This document shows positions 46,446-54,424 of a stretch of DNA of 64,000 nt, in pieces (position 1 is the stretch's first letter; every line of letters begins with the position of its first letter). The DNA is taken from assembly GCA_038065955.1 (NCBI GenBank), contig JBBTPY010000007.1:29232-93231 (forward strand), given 5' to 3'. Source of the DNA: Patescibacteria group bacterium. GTDB taxonomy: Bacteria > Patescibacteriota > Minisyncoccia > UBA6257 > UBA9933. The position numbers and the translations under genes are program-made. Below the pieces are notes generated by a model. The model was not told the DNA's origin. It saw only the letters and a list, made by a program, of their open reading frames with translations, and made no database searches.

Positions 46446-48564
46446 GCTCTTCTATCCTCATTTTTTCAAAAATATAGCAACAAACAAATAATTGTATGAG
46501 CCCCTTATGATTAAACGCCCATTCCGGTTCTTTAACTATTATCTCGCGTAATTCAGGAATAATTGTGTCTGCAATCTTGCCGATTATTTCCGAATTTATT
46601 TCACCTCCGACCTGAAATAACTGATAATTGTCATAAATCTTATAGTCAACGCTTAAATTTTCTTTTACTAATTGATCAAACAAAAATTCTAGATTTATGT
46701 CATTAACGCATTTAAATTCCAAACAAATATCAACCGATTCTTTTTCGTCCCCGATACTCTTTATAGAATCTTTGCTTTTAAGATAAATGGAAATATCCGC
46801 GTATTGTTCTTGAGATTTAATATATTGGTCAGAATCGCTCTGTCTTTTTTTAATTTGCTCAATAACTTTTTCCCTGCTATATCCCCTTTCTTTAACATCT
46901 CTGAGCGCTTTCCAATGAAGCCGTATTTGATCATCTGAATTAATGAAAATCTTAAGATCAAGAATGTTCCTCATTTTATTTAAAAATAAAGCGTGCAACC
47001 CCTCAAAAATAATTATCTTTTTTGATTCCAGGTTCTTCGGCAAAGTAAATTTTCCCGCGCTATGGTCATAATGGCGACGCTCGATCATCTTTCCGTTTTT
47101 TAAATGCAAGGCGTTTTTTAATTCAGTATAAAGCCCATTTGCTTTCGGATTTAAATGAGTCAATTTGTCCCACATTTTATGACCCCGCTCCCATTTATGC
47201 ATGTCGTCTCCTTCAAGTATGACAGTATTCTTTTCACTAAATATATCTTTAATAAGACCGGCAAAAGTGGTTTTCCCACTACCCGAATCGCCTGTCAAAC
47301 CTATCAAATAAGGCTGATATTTTATTTTATATTGAATATTGCTTTCTATTCCTTTTCTGTATATCCACAAAATATTTAATAATAATGTTGTTTGCAATAA
47401 TGTAAATATTATATTTACTAATTTATCGGCGTTAATGCCATAACTAATCAGAAAGTGATATAAATTGGGAATAGCGGCGATATTTTTTGAAATAAATTGA
47501 AATATTTCAAAAAAATCAGAATTTTTTATCACCAAAAAATAACTAAAATAAAATATATTAAGTAAAATGAAAGTGAATTTAGGCGCGTTATCTTGTTTAA
47601 TATAAAAATATATAAAAAACGGGATTATCCAATAATACCATCCCTGCATCGGAGGTATAAATAGGGTTAAAATACCAAAGCTAAAACCCAAAAACATTAA
47701 AAAAATGTCACGGTTAAATATTTTATAGGTCAGACTTTTAATAAACAATATCAAATAAGCCAAAGGAACGAAATATATCACAAAACTGTCGCTAATCTTA
47801 TAATTGAAATCAAATATCTTAAATTGTTCCTTATTATTCAGAACCAATTCAAAAAAACCGGGAGAAAATAAATAATTGAGATTTATAATCGCGAACAGGG
47901 CGAAAGGAACAAGCGACAACGAAATAATTTGACTGATTTTTACTCTTTTTAAAATCAAATAAACTAAAGCGAGGGGGATAGCAATTAAAATACCGGCTTT
48001 AGCGGAAATAGCCATGCCTAAAAAAATAAAAGCCCGATAAAATTTTTCCTTAAACAAAAAATAAAGAAAAATAAATAAAAACATTATTGGCAGCGCGTCC
48101 AATTGGCCATGCATATAACTAATGTAAAACAATATCGGCGAACACCAATAATATTTTAAAACTTTATCTTCTTTTCCCTTAAGCCAACGAACTAAGATGA
48201 GAAAAATAACTATGTCCGCAAAAATAATCGGCAAACGGTAAATAAAAACGTGCCAATTAGAAACAAAATTATAATCCAAACTTAAAAATGGGCTGAAAAT
48301 AAATCTTGGCGCCGCTAAAAGCCAAAGCATTACTTTTGGATAAGGGAAAATAATCAGCTCTTTCAATCCATAAAAAAAGTCATATGGATTTTGAAACCCG
48401 CTTACAACATAATAATTTACAAATCTGGAAAATAAATTAACCAAAAAATTAGAGGCAAAGAAAAAAGAAAATATAATTTTCAATCCCAAAACAGTTAAAA
48501 AAAGCGGAGATGAACAAAATTGAACACAATAACTTTTAATTTTTCCGATAATATCTCTATCCAT
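46435..48564 (-). CDS. fusion: N-terminal polytopic membrane domain (about 400 aa, at least 10 TM) + C-terminal phosphoribulokinase/uridine-kinase-family P-loop kinase domain
   Basis: 709 aa; Walker A LIGLTGDSGSGKTTFAGLI followed by ILEGDDMHKWER and PRK/Udk-type lid region. Confidence 0.6.
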   Translation of the reverse strand: MDRDIIGKIKSYCVQFCSSPLFLTVLGLKIIFSFFFASNFLVNLFSRFVNYYVVSGFQNPYDFFYGLKELIIFPYPKVMLWLLAAPRFIFSPFLSLDYNFVSNWHVFIYRLPIIFADIVIFLILVRWLKGKEDKVLKYYWCSPILFYISYMHGQLDALPIMFLFIFLYFLFKEKFYRAFIFLGMAISAKAGILIAIPLALVYLILKRVKISQIISLSLVPFALFAIINLNYLFSPGFFELVLNNKEQFKIFDFNYKISDSFVIYFVPLAYLILFIKSLTYKIFNRDIFLMFLGFSFGILTLFIPPMQGWYYWIIPFFIYFYIKQDNAPKFTFILLNIFYFSYFLVIKNSDFFEIFQFISKNIAAIPNLYHFLISYGINADKLVNIIFTLLQTTLLLNILWIYRKGIESNIQYKIKYQPYLIGLTGDSGSGKTTFAGLIKDIFSEKNTVILEGDDMHKWERGHKMWDKLTHLNPKANGLYTELKNALHLKNGKMIERRHYDHSAGKFTLPKNLESKKIIIFEGLHALFLNKMRNILDLKIFINSDDQIRLHWKALRDVKERGYSREKVIEQIKKRQSDSDQYIKSQEQYADISIYLKSKDSIKSIGDEKESVDICLEFKCVNDINLEFLFDQLVKENLSVDYKIYDNYQLFQVGGEINSEIIGKIADTIIPELREIIVKEPEWAFNHKGLIQLFVCCYIFEKMRIEEHER

Positions 48565-48573
48565 AAAGAAATT

Positions 48574-49227
48574 TTAGGAATTATTTATTAAAATTGTTTT
48601 AATGCCCATTTTTTCTCCGCCGGCCAAGTCTTTTTCATAATCATCGCCTATTAAAACAACATCGCTTGGTTGCATTTTTAATTTTTCAAGCGCGATTTTA
48701 AAAATGTTTTGATGCGGTTTGTCGCGCCCAGCCTCTTCTGAAGAAACAATAAAATTAAGATATTTCCCGATTTTTAAACGATGAATTTTTTCAAACTGAA
48801 TCTTAGCGGTTAAATCAGTAATTAAACATATCTTTATATTATTTTTACGGCATTTTTTCAAAAAATCCAATACGCCGTCAAATAATTTCATTTTCTTGAA
48901 AAAGCTGTCCCAATATAATTTTTCAAATTTAACGGTTAAATTTATATCTGTTTTGCCATAAATTTTTTCAAAAAGCCGCTGAAAATACAAAAAGCGGGAA
49001 TGAGAAGCTGCTTGGCCAAAAGTATATTTTTTAATACCCTGCCTTGCTGTTTTATAATTCTTCTTAAATTGCGCAAAAGAAATTAAATTATTTTTTTGAA
49101 AATGCCGCCAACAAGCTTTTAGAGCATACTGATGACATTGCTCATATTCGTATAAAGTATTATCTAAATCAAGTAAAATGGCTTTTTCACCGCTTTTTTT
49201 AATTTTTTCAAAATTAATAAAAAACAT
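48574..49227 (-). CDS. HAD-superfamily hydrolase (subfamily IA-like)
   Basis: 217 aa; motif I ILLDLDNTLY, motif IV LIGDDYEKDLAGG. Confidence 0.75.
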   Translation of the reverse strand: MFFINFEKIKKSGEKAILLDLDNTLYEYEQCHQYALKACWRHFQKNNLISFAQFKKNYKTARQGIKKYTFGQAASHSRFLYFQRLFEKIYGKTDINLTVKFEKLYWDSFFKKMKLFDGVLDFLKKCRKNNIKICLITDLTAKIQFEKIHRLKIGKYLNFIVSSEEAGRDKPHQNIFKIALEKLKMQPSDVVLIGDDYEKDLAGGEKMGIKTILINNS

Positions 49228-49248
49228 AAATAACTCAATATTACTAAT

Positions 49249-49872
49249 TTATTTAATTAATTTTTCCCATTGTTCAGTATATTTTCTGGCAGTCATCACA
49301 GCGTCGAGCTTAAAATTCAAATCCTTTATCTTTTGTGCGTAGGGCACGATATCCTGCGGCCGGCCCCAACGCTCCGGACATACCAAGCAGGTTTTAAAAT
49401 TTTTTAGACGACTGACAATATTTTCGTTTAATGGAAGAATGGTGTTAGTGTCAATCCAAACCCAGTCCAAAAGCGATTTGCCATTAACTATTTGCGATTC
49501 TACTGCCTCAATTGGCTCGGCCTCGCTATAGCGCACCGCAATGCTACGCACGCCTTCTTTTCTGGTAGCCCGGTATAAATAAGAGAATTCAGCATCTAAA
49601 AGAAAATATTTATCTTTTGGAATGCCATATTTTTCAGCAATATCTATAACTCTTTGTTCATAACCCGCTTCTTTTATGTTAAAAATGATAAAAGCGTGAT
49701 TAAAATTTTGAAGATACAACTCTAATTCATCGTATTTAGACGCATTGTCGATCGGGTCGTGATTCAACAACATTTTTTCTCCATAGCCCCTAATATCAAT
49801 TTCCACGCCATATTTCTGCGGGATTTCTTTCAATTGCTCAATTTTGTTAACGCGATGGATAATTATTTGCAT
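49249..49872 (-). CDS. hypothetical protein, possible minimal glycerophosphodiester-phosphodiesterase-like domain
   Basis: 207 aa; IIHRVN...VEIDIRGYGEKMLLNHD loosely follows GDPD pattern; weak. Confidence 0.3.
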   Translation of the reverse strand: MQIIIHRVNKIEQLKEIPQKYGVEIDIRGYGEKMLLNHDPIDNASKYDELELYLQNFNHAFIIFNIKEAGYEQRVIDIAEKYGIPKDKYFLLDAEFSYLYRATRKEGVRSIAVRYSEAEPIEAVESQIVNGKSLLDWVWIDTNTILPLNENIVSRLKNFKTCLVCPERWGRPQDIVPYAQKIKDLNFKLDAVMTARKYTEQWEKLIK

Positions 49873-49875
49873 GTT

Positions 49876-50694
49876 TTAATTTTTCTTCCTTAATTCAAAA
49901 TCGTACTTTTTGAAAAATTCCTTCCAATACTGATATTTTTTAAGGTCATCGGGCGTGCCCCAGCAAATATATTTTTCAACTTCAAAAACTTTTACTTGAT
50001 AACCGGCTTCTATAACTTCGTTGATAACCGAATCAACGTAAAACTCATTATTCACTTTTATATTTTTGCGAATCATATTTTCCGCGGCTTCAACAAAAAT
50101 TTTTCCTTTTTTAAACCAAAAAGTTCCAACAATGGCATGATCTTTTATCGGATTATCGCTAATCGGAATTTTTACAAAAGTTTTTAAAACGTTATTTTTA
50201 TCATCAACAACAGTCCAACCATACGCCTGTGGTTTTTTCTTCACCGCAACATTATTTCTAAATGTCCAAACTAAACAATCCGCTTCTTTTTTTAATTCTT
50301 CAAATTTTTCTTTATTCCAAACCATTCCATTATCGCAGGCGCCAATCAATAACTCTTCATTATTATTGATTAAATTTTTCGCCAAAAGACAAGTGCTCGC
50401 CTGACCTTCGGTAAGTTTATCAATAATCACAATTTTAGCATTTGGAAAATAAGATTTTAACGCTTTATCAATTTTATAATTATCAATATGTTCTTTACGA
50501 CAAATAAAAATCCATTTATCCGGCTTTGGCAAAGATTCAGCCGCCATAACCGCCATCGGCTTTCCAGAAACCAAAATTAATGGCTTGGGAATTTTATAAT
50601 TTTCATCTTTATATCTTTTTCCTTCACCAGCCATTGGAATTAAATTAATCATAGTTGTTTTTTTAATATTTCTTTGGCCCACTGTCGCGACCAA
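49876..50694 (-). CDS. nucleotidyltransferase (NTP-transferase family), paralog of 44692..45453
   Basis: 272 aa; MINLIPMAGEGKRYKDENYKIPKPLILVSGKPM. Confidence 0.6.
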   Translation of the reverse strand: MVATVGQRNIKKTTMINLIPMAGEGKRYKDENYKIPKPLILVSGKPMAVMAAESLPKPDKWIFICRKEHIDNYKIDKALKSYFPNAKIVIIDKLTEGQASTCLLAKNLINNNEELLIGACDNGMVWNKEKFEELKKEADCLVWTFRNNVAVKKKPQAYGWTVVDDKNNVLKTFVKIPISDNPIKDHAIVGTFWFKKGKIFVEAAENMIRKNIKVNNEFYVDSVINEVIEAGYQVKVFEVEKYICWGTPDDLKKYQYWKEFFKKYDFELRKKN

Positions 50695-52409
50695 TGCGTC
50701 TTAACATTTGATATTTGACCTTTAACATCTGACGAAAGCCATTTTTCAAACGGAAAAGTGAAGCCCATTTTCGGGCGAGTGAATATTTCTTCGGGCAATA
50801 AATCGCGCGTCGCTTCAACTAATAATGATTTATTTATGTCTTTTCCTAATTTTATTTCCGGCGGCAAACTGCTTAAATATTCAACGAGCGGATGATCTAG
50901 AAACGGCACCCGGACTTCAATGGAATGATACATTGACATAAAATCAGTGTCTTTAAGAAGCTGATTTTGAAGATAAAATTTTAGTTCTAAATAAGAAAGT
51001 AAATCAACAGAATGAAGCGTTTCGGCAGCCGAAACGCCGTAAGAAAACTCATCTATAAAATCTTTCACCTCGCTTAAATTGATATCTAAAATTTTCGCAA
51101 CTTCTTGCGACGCAAATAACCCTCTAACGCCCAAATAAAAACTTAAAATATCATTATTGGCGAAATAACTTAATTTTGAATATTTATCGCCGAATAAATC
51201 GCTTAATTTTAGCGGTGATTTTAACAATCGCGGCAAATTTTGAATTTTTCTCAATACTTTCGCTTTCTTAAAATGCGAATAGCCGCAAAAAATTTCATCT
51301 GATCCAAGTCCGGAAAGCACGGCTTTTAGCCCCGCTTCTTTAGCGGCTTTGGCAATAAAGAAAGTATTGACGCCGTCAATAGTCGGCTGGTCCATTGCTT
51401 CAAAAATTTCGTCGAACGAATTAAAAAAATCCTGTTTTGTAATTTTTATTTCCCGATGATTACTTTTTATTTTTTGCGCGACCAATCGCTGATATTTTTG
51501 CTCGGAAAATTCCGGTTCGTCAAAAATAATTGAAAGAGTGGTTATTGGATTTTTTCTTGATTGCGCCGCCAAAGCCGCAACAACGGACGAATCCAATCCT
51601 CCGCTTAAAAACACGCCCAGCGGCGCGTCACTGATTAAATGATAATTAATTGATTTATCAAGCAATTGCTTTACATTCTCCGCCGCTTTTCCAAAACTAA
51701 TGTTGTTTTTATTATGGAAAAATTCCAATGAATCATAATACTGAACCAACTTTTGCCTGCCATCAGCTTCGCGAACCAAATAATTACCTGCCGGTATCGC
51801 AAAAACATCTTTAATGGTTGTCATTGGCAATGGCACGGACCCGAACAATAAAAACCCGATATAAGCCTTAGGATTTTTAACAACCGGAATTAAACCGCTT
51901 CCAGTAATCGCTTTAACCGTTGAAGCAAAAACCAGTTTTTCGGTGTCGCTGAAATAATAAAGCGGTTTAATGCCGTAACGGTCTTTGACCAGAAAAAGTT
52001 TTTTATTTTTATCGTCCCATAATCCAAAAGCGAACATTCCCCTTAACATTGAAAAAGATTTTTCGCCGTATTCCGAATAAAGCGCCAAAATCATTTCGGT
52101 ATCGGTTTTTGTTTTGAATTTATATCCTTTTTTCTCTAAATCTTTTTTTAATTCTAAAAAATTATAAATTTCACCGTTAAAAGTAATTGATAACTTGCCA
52201 TATTTCATCGGTTGATGACCAGCTTTTGATAAATCCAAAATAGAAAGCCGCCGGTGGCCAAGAAAAATACCGTTTTTTTTATCGGAAAAAATTCCTTTAT
52301 CGTCCGGGCCGCGGTCTTTCTGCGAAAAATTCATTACTTCAACCGCTATTTCAAAATCTTTTATATTTTTGGCTTTTCCGCCGTAATAAACGCCAGAGAT
52401 TCCGCACAT
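50649..52409 (-). CDS. asnB: asparagine synthase (glutamine-hydrolysing)-family amidotransferase
   Basis: 586 aa; N-terminal MCGI (Cys2 nucleophile), PP-loop LSGGLDSS. Confidence 0.85.
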   Translation of the reverse strand: MCGISGVYYGGKAKNIKDFEIAVEVMNFSQKDRGPDDKGIFSDKKNGIFLGHRRLSILDLSKAGHQPMKYGKLSITFNGEIYNFLELKKDLEKKGYKFKTKTDTEMILALYSEYGEKSFSMLRGMFAFGLWDDKNKKLFLVKDRYGIKPLYYFSDTEKLVFASTVKAITGSGLIPVVKNPKAYIGFLLFGSVPLPMTTIKDVFAIPAGNYLVREADGRQKLVQYYDSLEFFHNKNNISFGKAAENVKQLLDKSINYHLISDAPLGVFLSGGLDSSVVAALAAQSRKNPITTLSIIFDEPEFSEQKYQRLVAQKIKSNHREIKITKQDFFNSFDEIFEAMDQPTIDGVNTFFIAKAAKEAGLKAVLSGLGSDEIFCGYSHFKKAKVLRKIQNLPRLLKSPLKLSDLFGDKYSKLSYFANNDILSFYLGVRGLFASQEVAKILDINLSEVKDFIDEFSYGVSAAETLHSVDLLSYLELKFYLQNQLLKDTDFMSMYHSIEVRVPFLDHPLVEYLSSLPPEIKLGKDINKSLLVEATRDLLPEEIFTRPKMGFTFPFEKWLSSDVKGQISNVKTHWSRQWAKEILKKQL

Positions 52410-52410
52410 T

Positions 52411-52989
52411 TTATTCGCTAATTATTTTTTTAATTCTCTCGTCTTCCGGCCAAAGTTGAATAATTTTTTCGCCGATTGATTTAGCCTTTTCAAGCTCGCC
52501 GGTTTGCCGATAAATACCAAATAATCCGTAAAGCGGCATCGGCAATTTCGGGCCGAAATTTAAAGTCGCCCGATAATATTCTTCCGCCTTTTTTAAATCT
52601 TCAATTTTTTGATAACGGCGCCAACGCGTTTCATATATTGAAGCCACCAATAACAACTGCTTTGTATTATTTTTTAAAATATGTTTTTCAATATAATTCG
52701 TCAATTCCGTTGAAACATTTTTCGGTATATTTTCCTGACTGACAATATTTAAAAAAGTCTGCCCGGTAAAACGCGCCGATTCCTCTCCGCCAACCGGCGA
52801 ATAATAATCAAAAACTTTGTCAAAATTTTTCTTTAATTCGTCAACTGTTCTGATTGAACCGAGGTTATTCACCGCCCGGACATATTGTTGAGCTTTGCCG
52901 AAAGGCAAAAAAGCGCCAAAAATCAAGCCGAGAACGGTCAAAATAATAAAAATAATTATAATAAATTGTGTAATGAATAACTTTGCCAT
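52411..52989 (-). CDS. membrane-anchored TPR-repeat protein
   Basis: 192 aa; N-terminal TM; TPR-like YYRATLNFGP...GIYRQTGELEKAKSIGEKII. Confidence 0.55.
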   Translation of the reverse strand: MAKLFITQFIIIIFIILTVLGLIFGAFLPFGKAQQYVRAVNNLGSIRTVDELKKNFDKVFDYYSPVGGEESARFTGQTFLNIVSQENIPKNVSTELTNYIEKHILKNNTKQLLLVASIYETRWRRYQKIEDLKKAEEYYRATLNFGPKLPMPLYGLFGIYRQTGELEKAKSIGEKIIQLWPEDERIKKIISE

Positions 52990-52993
52990 AATT

Positions 52994-54421
52994 TTAAAAT
53001 TTAGAATTTTGAGTTTTGAATTTATAATTAGCGAACGCTAAAAATAAAAACAAATTTATATAGGTCGGCAAAATGTCAAAAAGCACCAGCCCTTGAATTA
53101 AATAAGCTGTCGGAACGGCGAAAATTAAAGCTCTTTGAATCAGTAAACTGCGGCCGCTAAGTTGATTTTTCTCATTATTACTGACTAGTAGTTTCAAGGA
53201 GCGCCAATAAAATACCGCCCAAATTCCAATAAAGCTTAACAATCCCAAAATGCCGGCTTGCGTCAGGTAATCCAAAAAGATATTATGAGCCCGATCATAC
53301 CACGCGCCGAAACCTTCTTTAACGGAATAATGTTTCGGATTGTAATATTCGTCAAAGGTGTAAGAAAAATTTTCCGCTCCCCATCCTAAAATCGGCCGTT
53401 CTTTAAATCCGTCAACGGCGATTTTCCAAATAACCGTCCGGTTTTGAAAATTTTCGGCTTTAAAAGAAATGTCAAAAATCCGCGAACCGGGAATATTCTG
53501 AATAAATCGGCTGTCACGTAATAAAATCACCGAACCGACGAATAAAATAACCAAAAAGCCGATTATTAAAGCGAATTTTCTAAATCGCTTCAAAGAAAAA
53601 CCAAGATAAGCCAAAGCCGTTAAAATGGCCGCGATTAATCCCACGAAAGCGCCGCGCGTCGCCGCCAAAAAAAAGAAAATTGCGAAAACCACCGCCAGCG
53701 AACCAAGAATAATCGCCAATTTTTTTTTCTCCTCTTTTATGCAATCAACTAAAAGATAGAAAACATAAAAAAGAATAAATACCAGATAAGTCGCCACATA
53801 GGCCGGATTGCCGATTGAGCCGGCAAAACGAAAACCGCTTTCCCTAAAATCGGGACCGATAAAAGATTTAAACGTTTGGTATAAAAAACCTCCTTCGCCG
53901 GTTAATACTTCTTGAGAAACGCCGCCGATATTTCTGACAGCCGTTTCGGCGTCAAGATATTTCAAACCAGCGCCAACGCCGTAAAAAATCATCAAACCGG
54001 CCGCGATAATGGAAACCCAAAACATTATCCGCCAATCTTTTTTTTCAAAAAGCAAAACCGAAAGCAGGAAAAAAACATAAAGGCAGATAATTTGCAAAGA
54101 ACCTTCGCCACGCTCAAAATTTGACCAAAAAGAAAAAGCCGGGTCAACGCCGAAAAAACCGGCTAAAACGAAAATAAAAACAAACAAAGAAACGGCGATA
54201 ACTAAAGGCCGTTTAAAAACGACTGACGACTGACGACTGACGACTGACGACTTATCCTGAAGCAATAAACCCAAAAGATAAAATATCAACGCCAAACCGA
54301 TTGTCGTTCTGAAAAACGCGTATTTGCCGACGATGAACGGAAAAAGCGTTGAGACGCTTACTACTACAACGGCAAACGGGACTAAATAAAGAAAAAATTT
54401 GGAGATTTTAAAATAATCCAT
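52994..54421 (-). CDS. O-antigen ligase/Wzy_C-family polytopic membrane protein (WaaL / PglL-PilO O-oligosaccharyltransferase superfamily)
   Basis: 475 aa, about 11-12 TM helices with large extracytoplasmic loop; N-terminal half paralogous to 54425..56800. Confidence 0.65.
   Translation of the reverse strand: MDYFKISKFFLYLVPFAVVVVSVSTLFPFIVGKYAFFRTTIGLALIFYLLGLLLQDKSSVVSRQSSVVFKRPLVIAVSLFVFIFVLAGFFGVDPAFSFWSNFERGEGSLQIICLYVFFLLSVLLFEKKDWRIMFWVSIIAAGLMIFYGVGAGLKYLDAETAVRNIGGVSQEVLTGEGGFLYQTFKSFIGPDFRESGFRFAGSIGNPAYVATYLVFILFYVFYLLVDCIKEEKKKLAIILGSLAVVFAIFFFLAATRGAFVGLIAAILTALAYLGFSLKRFRKFALIIGFLVILFVGSVILLRDSRFIQNIPGSRIFDISFKAENFQNRTVIWKIAVDGFKERPILGWGAENFSYTFDEYYNPKHYSVKEGFGAWYDRAHNIFLDYLTQAGILGLLSFIGIWAVFYWRSLKLLVSNNEKNQLSGRSLLIQRALIFAVPTAYLIQGLVLFDILPTYINLFLFLAFANYKFKTQNSKF
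54219..54253. repeat. heptanucleotide tandem repeat (ACGACTG)x4 + ACGACTT inside the Wzy_C gene; candidate slipped-strand contingency tract
   Basis: Read directly at 54219-54253; encodes KSSVVSRQSSVV on minus strand; unit length not divisible by 3. Confidence 0.8.
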
Positions 54422-54424
54422 AGC

